The notes beneath the pieces were generated by a model. It had not been told where the DNA came from. It did no database searches and saw only the letters and a program-made list of their open reading frames with translations. Shown here in pieces: positions 10,555 through 20,625 of a stretch of DNA of 64,000 nucleotides; the first letter of the stretch is position 1, and every line of letters starts with the position of its first letter. The translations under genes and the position numbers were made by a program. The stretch spans positions 736,001 through 800,000 of the forward strand of contig CAXXTB010000001.1 in assembly GCA_963676795.2 (NCBI GenBank), in the 5' to 3' direction. Source of the stretch: Geopsychrobacteraceae bacterium (lineage in GTDB: Bacteria; Desulfobacterota; Desulfuromonadia; Desulfuromonadales; Geopsychrobacteraceae).

Positions 10555-11586
10555 TCAGCTGCCCAGCTTGCTGCGGACCATGGCCAGGTAGTCGGGGCCG
10601 ATCTTCTCTCCCCATTTCTGCAGAACCGGCTCGCTGAGTTTTTTCAGCTCGGCCATATCGCTGTCTGAGAGGTTGTGGAATTCGACACCGGCCTCTTTGG
10701 CTGCGGCAATCTGCTCTTCGTACTGGGTGCGGGTCGCCTGGCGCGATTTGGCGCTCTCTTCGGCGACAACCTTGAGGAAGGTGGCACGCAGGTCGGCTGG
10801 CAGCTTGTCAAGCCAGCGCTTGTTGGTCATGTGGACGAACAGGCCTTCAGCGTAATTCAGTTCGGTAAAATGCTTGGCGATGGTGAACTTCTTGGTCAGG
10901 TTGCAGACGATGGCGGTGTGATCAAGTCCGGTGATAACACCGGTCTGCAGGGCCTGGGGAACATCCGGCCAGGGCAGGGCGGTGAACTTCAGGTTGAGAG
11001 CCTTGTAGAAGTCGGTATTGACCGGTGCCTGGGCGATGCGGAAGGTGACAGTTCTGGCCTCGTCGATTGTGGTTGCCGGTACGGTTGTCGCCCAGCCGTA
11101 GGGGCCATAGCTGGTGATGTCGATGGTGTAGATTCCCTGGCGCAGGGCGCTTTCGGAGAATGGCGTCCAGAGTTCGGGATCATTGCGGAACTGTTCGATC
11201 TTGTCGAAGCTGTCGATAACATAGGGGAGGTTGATGATGCCGATCCGGTCGGCCACGTTGGCCGCAGCAACCGAAGAGCTGAGCATCCCCTGGATGGCGC
11301 CCATTTTCAGTTTGTTGATGACATCCTTCTCCCCGCCCAGCTGAGCGAGAGGACGGAAGTCGACATAGATCTGACCGTTGGTCGCCTCCCAGACGCGATC
11401 ACGAATTTTGTATCCGGCAGCAACTCCTTCAATCGCAGGGTGGGAAATATTTGATAGAATATAGGTGTACTTGGCGCCGCTCGGATCGAATTGCGGTGAA
11501 AAGGCTGCCAGCGGGTCGTTGTCGCTGGCCAGAGATGACAGCGGGATCGCCATCAGCAGCATAAAGGTCAGTAGCAGTCGTCTCAT
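10555..11586 (-). CDS. dctP: TRAP substrate-binding protein
   Basis: Signal peptide; AQLGGEKD; ALQTGVITG; start moved to ATG 11586. Confidence 0.9.
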   Translation of the reverse strand: MRRLLLTFMLLMAIPLSSLASDNDPLAAFSPQFDPSGAKYTYILSNISHPAIEGVAAGYKIRDRVWEATNGQIYVDFRPLAQLGGEKDVINKLKMGAIQGMLSSSVAAANVADRIGIINLPYVIDSFDKIEQFRNDPELWTPFSESALRQGIYTIDITSYGPYGWATTVPATTIDEARTVTFRIAQAPVNTDFYKALNLKFTALPWPDVPQALQTGVITGLDHTAIVCNLTKKFTIAKHFTELNYAEGLFVHMTNKRWLDKLPADLRATFLKVVAEESAKSRQATRTQYEEQIAAAKEAGVEFHNLSDSDMAELKKLSEPVLQKWGEKIGPDYLAMVRSKLGS

Positions 11587-11944
11587 GATTTCCTCCCTAG
11601 GAAAAGAAAACAAACGTTGTTTAGTTATTGCAAAAAAAAGTTAATCACAAGTTAAATCAGTTAGTTAAGCTTGGAAAAGATAGCGTTTTTCGCACATTTG
11701 GGTCAAGTACTGTAATCTGTGAACTGAAGAAATGGATTTATGTTTCGCTGGCTGGAACAGGATGTCGATTGTTAGGGTGATGGTTTTGATACTGAACAGT
11801 GGATACGGTATTTGCAGTTATGCTGCAGCCCGGGGCGTTTCCGGGCTGACGCTACGAGGACCGGTCCAGAATTAGACGAAAAGGGGATTGCAATTGGCTG
11901 TTAAAAAATATGATAATATGAATATTCAAAAAAGGAGAATGGAA

Positions 11945-12136
11945 ATGACTGTCAATCGTTACTTACGTCTGGTTGCCGGCTTCTTTGTCCTGGTGACACT
12001 TGCACTGTCTCAGCTGCATTCGCCGGCCTGGCTCTGGTTTACCGCTTTTGTCGGACTGAATCTTTTTCAGAGCGCTTTCACCAATTGGTGTCCGTTGATG
12101 ACGATTCTCAAGAAGATCGGAGTTCGCGAGGTCTGA
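11945..12136 (+). CDS. DUF2892 (YgaP-like) small membrane protein
   Basis: RYLRLVAG...[24 protein letters not shown] 7 nt before ATG 11945. Confidence 0.88.
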   Translation: MTVNRYLRLVAGFFVLVTLALSQLHSPAWLWFTAFVGLNLFQSAFTNWCPLMTILKKIGVREV

Positions 12137-12183
12137 TCCGGGTTGATACCTCCCTGATGCAATCCATGGCCGGTCACCTGTCA

Positions 12184-12318
12184 GGGTGTTGAAAAACGTT
12201 TTCGAGGCAGCAAGTGCAAGGCAAAAATTGCCGAAAAAGCGCAGTTTATACCAGTAAATGAGCATTTTTAGGCAATTTTTAACGTCGCAATTGCAACGCA
12301 GATAGTTTTTCAACAGCC
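12184..12318. mobile_element. MITE-like palindromic element (~135 bp)
   Basis: Perfect 11-bp terminal inverted repeats tgttgaaaaac (12187-12197) and gtttttcaaca (12305-12315); internal inverted repeat aaaaattgcc...ggcaattttt; no coding capacity. Confidence 0.7.
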
Positions 12319-12447
12319 GTGCTAGACGGTGCCGGCCTGTTGTTTCACCCCTTTCGTCCTGCCGTTGAGTCGTGTATGCTAAAGGACTTGTGGTCATCTG
12401 TATGGCTGCCCTTTTTACGCATACTAGATTTTACGGGAGTTATAAAT

Positions 12448-13158
12448 ATGGCAAGGTACGTCATCCTTATGCTGCTGGCCTTGCTGCCAGCCATGTCCTT
12501 TGCTGCTGATCCGGTCAGCTTGGTTCCGGAAGAGGTGGTCCACAGTCTGCAGCAGTCCTATCCGAAGCTCCGATACGCTGAGATTTCCCCCGCGCCGGTT
12601 GACGATCTGTATGAGCTGGTCATGCCGGACGACAATGTTCTCTACTATGCAGCCAAGAACAGACTGATCATGACCGGAGAAATCTGGACCCCTGACGGTC
12701 GTAACCTGACTGTTGAAAGCAAGGACAGGCGCCTGTCCGCCAAACTGGATCAGTTCAATCTCGACAAGGCACTGAAAATCGGTAATGGTCCGAACCTGGT
12801 TATCGAGGTCACCGATCCTGACTGCCCCTTCTGTCGTAAGGGGGCTCAGTTCCTGGCCGACAGGGAGGATGTAACACAGTACATTTTCTTTTACCCGCTG
12901 ACCCGTATCCACCCGCAGGCTGAAGCGAAGTCGCGCTTTATTCTCGCCGCCGAAGATCCAGCCGGGGCCTATGAGGATGTTGTCAACGGTATGTACGACA
13001 ACCAGCCGCTGCCGGAATTTACCGATAACGGGCTGCTCGAGGAGCAGCTGAAGATCGCCCGGAGTGTCGGAGTCAACAGTACACCGCAATACTGGATCAA
13101 CGGCCAGCATGTGTCAGGCTTTAATCAGAACAGGATAGAGCAGCTGCTCACCAAGTAG
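12448..13158 (+). CDS. dsbC: DsbC-family periplasmic thiol:disulfide isomerase
   Basis: Signal peptide; TDPDCPFCRK active site; GVNSTP cis-Pro loop. Confidence 0.85.
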   Translation: MARYVILMLLALLPAMSFAADPVSLVPEEVVHSLQQSYPKLRYAEISPAPVDDLYELVMPDDNVLYYAAKNRLIMTGEIWTPDGRNLTVESKDRRLSAKLDQFNLDKALKIGNGPNLVIEVTDPDCPFCRKGAQFLADREDVTQYIFFYPLTRIHPQAEAKSRFILAAEDPAGAYEDVVNGMYDNQPLPEFTDNGLLEEQLKIARSVGVNSTPQYWINGQHVSGFNQNRIEQLLTK

Positions 13159-13179
13159 GCAGCTGACATAAAAGGTTTT

Positions 13180-15552
13180 ATGAGCAAAGAAAAAACTCTC
13201 ACCAACCGTCCCGAACTGCTCGCTCCGGCGGGCAGCCTCGAGGCGTTCTTCGCCGCCGTTGAAGGGGGTGCCGACGCCATCTACATCGGGCTCAAGGAAT
13301 TTTCCGCCCGGGCCAAGGCTAAAAACTTCAATTTCGCCGAGGTCGAGCAGATGGTCTGTTATCTGCGCGGCCAGGGGAAGCGGCTATATGTTACTCTCAA
13401 TACCCTGATCAAGGAAACGGAGCTGCCGCAGCTGATCGACACGCTCGGTGCTCTTGAGGCGATCGGCGTCGATGGCGTGATATTGCAGGATCTGGCCGTC
13501 TGGAAGCTGGCCCGGGATCATTTCCCGGGGCTTGAGCTGCATGCCTCGACCCAGATGACGATTCACAATGTTGCCGGGGTCAAGATGCTGGAGCGGATGG
13601 GCTTCACCCGCGGGGTCCTGTCGCGCGAACTGACGCTGGACGAGATCAGCTATATCCGCAGCCAGACGACGCTGGAACTGGAGCACTTCATCCATGGGGC
13701 ACTTTGTTTCTCCTTCAGTGGCCAGTGCTACTTTTCTTCGTTCTTAAGCGGCAAGAGCGGCAACCGGGGACGCTGCGCCCAGCCCTGTCGGCGCAGCCAT
13801 CGCTACCGTAACCAGGACGGCTTTTATTTCTCGCCCAACGACCTGTCGGCCATCGACCTGATGCCTGAGCTGGAGAAAGCCGGAATCTGCAGCCTCAAGA
13901 TCGAAGGGCGGATGAAGAGCGCTGAGTACGTCCATCAGGTGGTCCGAGCCTATCGTCAGGTTCTGGACGCCTCCGCGAAGGAGCGTGCCGCGGTGATCGC
14001 CGCTGCCAAGCTGCTGCTGCGCGACAGTTTTGGCCGCAAACCGACCCAGGGCTTTCTCGCCGGCGGGCAGCCGGATGATATGGCAATTCCGTCACGCAAG
14101 GGTGCAACGGGACGTTTTCTCGGTGAAATCAGCCGTGAGCAGGGGGGCGCTATCAGCCTGAAGGTCAAGGATGGCCTGCATATCGGTGACCGGATCCGGG
14201 TTCAGCCGGCCAGCGATCGTAGCGGTACCGCCTTTACCATCCGCCAGCTGTTTCTCGGGCAGAAGTCGGTGACCAAGGTGCCGGCCGGCAGTTTTGTGAC
14301 CATCCCATCGACCTTCAAGGGGCAGTTCAAGGTTGGCGATGGCGTCTTCATGGTTTCGGCCAGTGGGTCCTTCGCCATGAGCGAGGCCGCCTGTCGTCGC
14401 AAGCTGAGCCAGGCCCGGCCGCTGACCGATCCTGTTGAGCTGAAGGTGCACTGTACGGCCGAACAGCTCGCCGTGGTCGCCAGGGTGATGGATGAGGAGA
14501 CGGAGTTCTGTTTCCAGATCGACAGTTATCCGGCCGAGCAGAATGGCCTGACCGCTGAGGTGCTTGGCCAGGCTCTGGCTCCGCCGGCCGAGCAGCCATT
14601 TGAGCTGGACGGTATCGCATGCTCTGAGCTGCCTGATATCGTCATTCCGCCCAAGCAGCTTAAACAGTTGCGCCGGGAGATCTATAATGAACTGGCGCGG
14701 CTTCGGCAGGGACGGCGCGCCAGGCACAAGGAAGAGCATCTGGCGCAGGCCAGGCGAGGCCTGCTTCCGCCGGGGAGTACGGCGCAGTCCGGCGGGCAGT
14801 TGCGCATTCAGATCCATGACGGGCGCGATCAGCGCATCCTTCAGGATCCGTCCGTCGATGCCCTGATCCTGCCGCTCAACGGGCCGAACCTGCAGGGAGC
14901 CATCAAGCTGCAGAGGCGTTCCGACAAAGTGATCTGGGACCTGCCTTTCATTCTATTCGACCGGGACTGGCAGGACATGCGTGGCGCGGTGCGTCAGCTG
15001 GTTCAGGCCGGTTTCAAGAATTTCCGGCTGAACAACCTGGGGCATTTCCCCCTCTTTGACAAGCTGGAGGGGGTGCAGCTGTACGGCGGCTTCCGCATGC
15101 TCTGCCTGAACAGCCAGAGCCTTTCGGCTCTTGCCGAGCTGGGCCTCAGTGAGGTCGAACTCTATATCGAGGATGAGCGCGACAACCTGAAAGAGCTGCT
15201 CAGCCGGCAGCTGCCGGTGCCGGCGGCGCTGACCGTCTACGCCAGCGTGCCGCTGCTGACCTCAAGGGTCAAGATCAAGGGGGTCCGTTCCGATGCGCCG
15301 GTGGTGTCCGATCGTGGCGACGCCTTCCGCGTCCAGCTGCGCCAGGGGCTGACCTGGCTGGGGAGCGAGACCGATTTCTCCTTTATCGCCAACATGCGTG
15401 AGCTGGAGAGCTTCGGCTGTCACAACTTTATCGTCGATCTGTCTCACCTGGGTCCCTTCAGCCCGCAGGGAAAGCAGCTTCTGGACGCCGTCAAGCGCGG
15501 TCAGGATCCGGCCGGCACCAGCAAGTTCAATTACCTGACCGGCCTGGAATAG
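13180..15552 (+). CDS. Long U32-family protein (RlhA-like RNA hydroxylation protein)
   Basis: PELLAPAG, HASTQM, HGALCFSFSGQC..NRGRCAQPCR Fe-S cysteines, SLKIEGRMK; 790 aa with long C-terminal extension. Confidence 0.85.
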   Translation: MSKEKTLTNRPELLAPAGSLEAFFAAVEGGADAIYIGLKEFSARAKAKNFNFAEVEQMVCYLRGQGKRLYVTLNTLIKETELPQLIDTLGALEAIGVDGVILQDLAVWKLARDHFPGLELHASTQMTIHNVAGVKMLERMGFTRGVLSRELTLDEISYIRSQTTLELEHFIHGALCFSFSGQCYFSSFLSGKSGNRGRCAQPCRRSHRYRNQDGFYFSPNDLSAIDLMPELEKAGICSLKIEGRMKSAEYVHQVVRAYRQVLDASAKERAAVIAAAKLLLRDSFGRKPTQGFLAGGQPDDMAIPSRKGATGRFLGEISREQGGAISLKVKDGLHIGDRIRVQPASDRSGTAFTIRQLFLGQKSVTKVPAGSFVTIPSTFKGQFKVGDGVFMVSASGSFAMSEAACRRKLSQARPLTDPVELKVHCTAEQLAVVARVMDEETEFCFQIDSYPAEQNGLTAEVLGQALAPPAEQPFELDGIACSELPDIVIPPKQLKQLRREIYNELARLRQGRRARHKEEHLAQARRGLLPPGSTAQSGGQLRIQIHDGRDQRILQDPSVDALILPLNGPNLQGAIKLQRRSDKVIWDLPFILFDRDWQDMRGAVRQLVQAGFKNFRLNNLGHFPLFDKLEGVQLYGGFRMLCLNSQSLSALAELGLSEVELYIEDERDNLKELLSRQLPVPAALTVYASVPLLTSRVKIKGVRSDAPVVSDRGDAFRVQLRQGLTWLGSETDFSFIANMRELESFGCHNFIVDLSHLGPFSPQGKQLLDAVKRGQDPAGTSKFNYLTGLE

Positions 15553-15648
15553 CCTGTTGAGCCGGAAGATAAAAACTACCAGACTGGTGTTTATCGGTGT
15601 ATAATCGCGAAATGTCTGAAGTATTCTGCCGCCGCAAAAGAGGGACCT

Positions 15649-16359
15649 GTGATGTCCGCTGCGCCTGACAAACGGATGCTTGACATTCCACCTGGCTGCC
15701 CGCTTGGTGAAGAGGGGTGTTCTGTCGCCGGTGAGGTCAAGGCCCTGCGCAAACGTCTTGATGAGCTGGGCGAGCTGGTGCGGACCGATCCGCTGACCGG
15801 CCTGGCCAACTACAGGTATTTCACCGAAGCCTGCGAGCAGGAAATAGAACGGACCCAGCGCAGCGATCAGCCGACCTCGCTGATTATGCTCGATATCGAT
15901 CATTTCAAACGGGTCAATGATAACTGGGGGCACGAAGTCGGTAACCGGGCTCTGGAGCATATCGCCCGGATCATCAAGAGCTGTGTCCGTCGACTCGATA
16001 TTCCCTGCCGTTATGGCGGAGAAGAGTTCGCCATCATCCTGCCCGACACCTCCCTGAACGCCAGTTTGCCTGTCGCCGAACGGATTAGAGCGCAGATTGC
16101 CTCGACACCCTTGAGTCTTCCTGAAGGGGTGCTCAAGTTGAGCGCCAGTCTCGGCGTCGCAACCTACACCAATCAGCGCAGTATCCTGCCGGAAACTCTG
16201 GTCACCGAAGCGGATCACTATCTCTACCAGGCCAAGCAGAACGGTCGCAACCGTGTCTGTCACGCGCCGCTGCCGATTGTCGATGTCGTCAGCCAGGAAG
16301 AGCGCGATGTCTTGAGCTCGTTGTTTGGCAGAGCACCGGAAAAAGAGGGAAAAAAATGA
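15649..16359 (+). CDS. GGDEF-domain nucleotide cyclase with short Cys-containing N-terminus
   Basis: TDPLTGLANYR, DIDHFKRVND, RRLD I-site, RYGGEEF. Confidence 0.92.
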   Translation: MMSAAPDKRMLDIPPGCPLGEEGCSVAGEVKALRKRLDELGELVRTDPLTGLANYRYFTEACEQEIERTQRSDQPTSLIMLDIDHFKRVNDNWGHEVGNRALEHIARIIKSCVRRLDIPCRYGGEEFAIILPDTSLNASLPVAERIRAQIASTPLSLPEGVLKLSASLGVATYTNQRSILPETLVTEADHYLYQAKQNGRNRVCHAPLPIVDVVSQEERDVLSSLFGRAPEKEGKK

Positions 16360-17312
16360 AGATCGTTGTTCTGGATGGAGAAACCCTGAATCCCGGAGAT
16401 CTCGATTGGGGGCCTCTCAAACAGTTGGGAAGCTGCCTCATCTACCCGCGCACCACTGCCGCGGAGATTGTCGAACGGGCACAGGACGCGGAAGTCATCC
16501 TCACCAACAAGACACCGCTGACGGCGGAGACTATTGCGGCGCTGCCTGCTCTACGTTATATCGGTGTGCTGGCGACCGGGCATGATGTCGTCGACGGTGC
16601 CGCGGCGGCGGAACGAGGGGTCGTCGTGACCAATGCCGCGGGGTATGCAACAGCCTCCGTCGCCCAGCTGACCTTCGCCCTGCTCCTCGAACTGACCCAG
16701 CATGTCGGTCACCATGCGGCCCGGGTCCGTCAGGGGGGGTGGCATGAATCGCCCGATTTCAGTTTCCATGACATGCCGTTACTCGAGCTGGCCGGCAGGA
16801 CGATCGGGATTGTCGGTTACGGGCCGATCGGTCGACAGATCGCCAGAATCGCCAATGCCTTCGACATGAAGGTGCTGGTCAACACCCTGCACCCGGAAAA
16901 ATATCCCCAGGAGACCGGTGTCGAATTTATCGATATCGACCAGCTCTTTTCCGAGGCTGATGTGATCAGCCTCAATGTTCCGCTGACCGATAAGACCCGC
17001 CATCTGGTCAACACTGCCCGCCTGGCCAGGGTCAAGCAGGGAGCCCTGTTGATCAACACCGGGCGCGGTCAGCTGATCGATGAAGAAGCCGTCGCAGACG
17101 CGCTCGAGGATGAATACCTGGGCGGCTATGCGACCGACGTGCTGAGCATCGAACCGCCGCGCGAAGAGGGACCGCTGTTCAGCGCACCCAACTGTCTTAT
17201 CACCCCGCACCTGGCCTGGGCGACCACGGCGGCTCGCCAACGTCTGCTCGATATCACCGCCGACAATATCGCAGCCTTCCTGCGCGGAGAGCCGAAGAAC
17301 CGGGTGAATTGA
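16356..17312 (+). CDS. D-2-hydroxyacid dehydrogenase (glycerate dehydrogenase/hydroxypyruvate reductase type)
   Basis: MKIVVLDG..LNPGDL, GIVGYGPIG, LINTGRG, ITPHLAWA. Confidence 0.9.
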   Translation: MKIVVLDGETLNPGDLDWGPLKQLGSCLIYPRTTAAEIVERAQDAEVILTNKTPLTAETIAALPALRYIGVLATGHDVVDGAAAAERGVVVTNAAGYATASVAQLTFALLLELTQHVGHHAARVRQGGWHESPDFSFHDMPLLELAGRTIGIVGYGPIGRQIARIANAFDMKVLVNTLHPEKYPQETGVEFIDIDQLFSEADVISLNVPLTDKTRHLVNTARLARVKQGALLINTGRGQLIDEEAVADALEDEYLGGYATDVLSIEPPREEGPLFSAPNCLITPHLAWATTAARQRLLDITADNIAAFLRGEPKNRVN

Positions 17313-17314
17313 AG

Positions 17315-18022
17315 ATGGACTGGGACCGGTTGTTCGGACAATTGAAAGACCGTCTGGCAGATTACGATCAGCTGCTTGGCCGTTGCGTCGAGAAAGACAA
17401 GGCCCGGGGCGTGGTGATCCACTGCCGGAAAGGTTGCGCTAACTGCTGTACGCTGGCGGTCAATTGCAGTTATGTCGAGGCAGCCTATGTAGCGCAATCC
17501 CTGGCACCTGGGCAGGTAGTCAGGCTGGAGCACAAGGTAGCGGATCTGCTGCGTATCAGCTCAGAAGCTCAGGATCTGAAGACGTTTCTCAAACTGTACC
17601 GTCAACAGCTTGGAAGCTGTCCGTTTCTTGATGCTGAAGAGGCCTGCTCTGCCTATGGGTACCGTCCATTTTCCTGCCGTTCTCTGCTCTCAAGCCGCCC
17701 TGAAGCCTGGTGCGGTGTCGATTTTTCAGCCCTGCATCCGCTGGAAAGGGAAGCTTTCCTGAGCAGCCTCGATGCTGAAATCGTCAATTTCCCGACCCAC
17801 TATCTGGCCAAGCCACAGGAGCTTGCTGCTGAGTACGAAGCGGCGATCGCTGCTGAACTGAGCGATGCTGCTGATGTCCACCTCAGTGGAAACTTCCTGT
17901 ATCAGGTCTGGCTTGAGCGTACCCATGGTCTTTCCGCGCTGCTTGCGTCAGGCCGTGACGTTCTGCGCTCTTACCTTCAGGACCATGCCCTCGAACGCCC
18001 CTTTCTGCTCCACTTCCGCTAG
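17315..18022 (+). CDS. YkgJ-family cysteine-cluster protein
   Basis: CRKGCANCC and CPFL...C..Y..RPFSCR motifs. Confidence 0.85.
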   Translation: MDWDRLFGQLKDRLADYDQLLGRCVEKDKARGVVIHCRKGCANCCTLAVNCSYVEAAYVAQSLAPGQVVRLEHKVADLLRISSEAQDLKTFLKLYRQQLGSCPFLDAEEACSAYGYRPFSCRSLLSSRPEAWCGVDFSALHPLEREAFLSSLDAEIVNFPTHYLAKPQELAAEYEAAIAAELSDAADVHLSGNFLYQVWLERTHGLSALLASGRDVLRSYLQDHALERPFLLHFR

Positions 18023-18114
18023 TGTTCCTTCGCGCCAGCTGATTTTTCAGCCTGGCTTTGGCCGCCATTTTTTTTGGGGGGCGCATTTTGCTGGCCGGCA
18101 GTGCTGAATAGCAT

Positions 18115-18972
18115 CTATAAGGAGCGATATTGCAGCGCCTGCAATCTGGCGATCCGTTCTTCGGTCGGTGGATGGGTCGAAAACAGTTTGAGCAACGAGC
18201 CAGCGGTCAGCGGGTTGACGATGAACATGTGTGAGGTTGCCGGAGTCGCATTTTCCATTGGAGCTCTTTGGCTGCCCTGCTGCAGTTTGTACAGAGCATT
18301 GGCCAGGGCCAGCGGCTTGCCACAGATCCGCGCCCCTTCAGCATCGGCGAGGAACTCGCGCGAGCGGGACACCGCCATCTGGATCAGCATGGCCGCGATC
18401 GGGGCGATGATCGCCAGAGCCAGGCCGCCAAGCAGGCCACCTGCGCCTTCGTCCTCTTCGCTGCGGCCGCCACCGAAGATGGCCGCCCACTGGAGCATGT
18501 GGCCAAGCATCGAGATTGCTCCGGCGATCGTTGCGGCAACGGTCGAGATCAGGGTATCCCGATTCTTGACGTGGGCCAGCTCATGGGCCATAACCCCTTC
18601 CAGTTCATCGCGGGTCAGGATGCGCATGATCCCTTCAGTTGCGGCGACTGCCGCATGCTCGGGATTGCGGCCGGTGGCAAAGGCGTTGGGCGAATCGCCC
18701 GGGATGATGTAGACCTTTGGCATCGGCAGTTCGGCCTTGACGGCCAGTTGGCGGACCAGGGCATAAAATTCCGGGCTTTCGTTTTCCGAAACCTCTTTGG
18801 CCCGGTACATCTTGAGGACGATCTTGTCCGAATACCAGTAGGAGAAGAAGTTCATCGCTCCGGCAATGACGAAAGCGATGACGACTCCCCCCTGGCCGCC
18901 GATAGCGCCACCCATGGCTATTAAGAGCAGGGTGAGACAGGTTAACAGGAATGTTGTCTTGATGCGGTTCAT
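18115..18972 (-). CDS. htpX: Membrane zinc metalloprotease HtpX
   Basis: [30 protein letters not shown]. Confidence 0.95.
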   Translation of the reverse strand: MNRIKTTFLLTCLTLLLIAMGGAIGGQGGVVIAFVIAGAMNFFSYWYSDKIVLKMYRAKEVSENESPEFYALVRQLAVKAELPMPKVYIIPGDSPNAFATGRNPEHAAVAATEGIMRILTRDELEGVMAHELAHVKNRDTLISTVAATIAGAISMLGHMLQWAAIFGGGRSEEDEGAGGLLGGLALAIIAPIAAMLIQMAVSRSREFLADAEGARICGKPLALANALYKLQQGSQRAPMENATPATSHMFIVNPLTAGSLLKLFSTHPPTEERIARLQALQYRSL

Positions 18973-19195
18973 CTTTTTACCTCCAGGTTATCTGCTGCAG
19001 GTAAAAGAAAAAAACCTTTACCCACAGCATGGTTTAAGCACGCTTTGGATAAAGGTCTCGCTGATTTCGACGTGTGAGTCGTAAATCCCGTCTCCGAGTG
19101 GCGTCAAGCCACTGTACTGACGAAGAACGGGCCGGCTTTTCTGCCGGTAGCTACTCCCCTTTTTTTGTTATTTTATTCAGGAGTTCATTCTGTTG

Positions 19196-20392
19196 TCAAG
19201 AGGGTGAGGGCTGTAGCGGTGGAGACTGTTGCAGGGTGATAACCCGATTTCTGCCCTGGTCTTTCGCCGTATAGAGGGCCTTGTCGGCACGGCTGAGAAC
19301 GGCAGCCCATTGGTCATCTTCCGGCAGATAGTTCGAAACGCCAAAGCTGGCGGTGAATGTCAGGCTTGAATTGATCGCCGCGAGCAGATCTGTCTCCTCG
19401 GTTGTTTGCCTGAGATGTTCAGCAACAATCGTCCCATTATGCAGATTTGTGTCCGGCAGCAGAATAATAAACTCTTCTCCTCCGTAACGTGCGACGATAT
19501 CCTGTTTGCGCAGGTTCATTTTGAGGGTTTTGGCAAATATCTTGAGAACCTTGTCTCCTGTCTGATGGCCATATTGGTCGTTGATCCGTTTGAAGTAGTC
19601 CAGGTCACAGATGATGATGGAAAAAGTTGAGCCGCTTCGACTCGTTCGGCTGAATTCAACATCACAGTATTGCTCGAAGGTTCTTCTATTGTAGAGCTGT
19701 GTCAGCGGATCTGTCTGAGCGATTTTTTCCAGCGAATTCTGCAGTCTGTCAGTTGCCAGCCAGATTGTCGCAAATGAGGTGAGGACGACAAGCGCCTCTG
19801 TGCCGATGACGCTCAGCGAACTGATTATATCCGCCTTCATGAAATCCAGCAGCTGCTCCTGATAACAGGTCCAGATCACCCGGAAGACATGAAAAGAGCC
19901 GACGACGAAGAACATCAGGGTCAAAAGCCGTATGGCTGTGCGGCCATGCTCTTCAGCGTATTTTCGCAGGCCCAGAACGGCGATATAGCAGAGAGTGGCA
20001 AAGAGGAACGAGACGTAGACGATACGCAGGTTGAGATTTGGAGTGATAAATCCGTGGTAGTAGAGCAGCCAGGCGAGCAGTGCCGCTAAGGCGGGACTTA
20101 GATAGCGCTCAAACCTCAATTTCAGAGCAAGAAAACGAAACAGCCCTCTGTAGAGCAGGATGAGACCGATATAGGCGACCGTATTGGCAATGACGATCGA
20201 GGTGAAATCGTTGATCAGGTGGCGTAAGCCGAGCAGAACATAGCCGCAGCCAAGACACAGGTGACCGTAGCCGATGAGGTTGATTCCTGCAAACGACTTA
20301 TGTTTGCGCGCATAAATCAGCATCCCTATGCCGAAAACAATACTGAAAACGACCAGGTTGATAGCTAATGTGCGGAAATCGAGTTGCGCCAT
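19196..20392 (-). CDS. Membrane-bound diguanylate cyclase (about 7 TM + GGDEF)
   Basis: Hydrophobic N-terminal half; DLDYFKRINDQYGHQTGD; RYGGEEF. Confidence 0.9.
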   Translation of the reverse strand: MAQLDFRTLAINLVVFSIVFGIGMLIYARKHKSFAGINLIGYGHLCLGCGYVLLGLRHLINDFTSIVIANTVAYIGLILLYRGLFRFLALKLRFERYLSPALAALLAWLLYYHGFITPNLNLRIVYVSFLFATLCYIAVLGLRKYAEEHGRTAIRLLTLMFFVVGSFHVFRVIWTCYQEQLLDFMKADIISSLSVIGTEALVVLTSFATIWLATDRLQNSLEKIAQTDPLTQLYNRRTFEQYCDVEFSRTSRSGSTFSIIICDLDYFKRINDQYGHQTGDKVLKIFAKTLKMNLRKQDIVARYGGEEFIILLPDTNLHNGTIVAEHLRQTTEETDLLAAINSSLTFTASFGVSNYLPEDDQWAAVLSRADKALYTAKDQGRNRVITLQQSPPLQPSPS

Positions 20393-20625
20393 CGTTGCGA
20401 TCCTCGGGGTGTTTTCTTTATATAGAATAATTGGTGTTATTTAATATAACGTTGTTTTTATGGTGCTACAAGAAATAACTTTTAAGGATAGAAATTTTTT
20501 GGGAGTGGGTTGTTGTATCAGAACATATATTTAAAAGCCTGACCCTTCCTAGTAGTTTATAATGCTGAGAATAACGAGATGATCACTTGGTGGCAAAGGG
20601 TGGAATTGAGATTCCGCCTGTTTTA

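Noticed and set aside
11907..11926. ArsR/BigR-type operator (AATAT-N10-ATATT) before the DUF2892 gene
   Set aside because: Short AT-only palindrome in an AT-rich tract, with no regulator gene adjacent; too weak to call.
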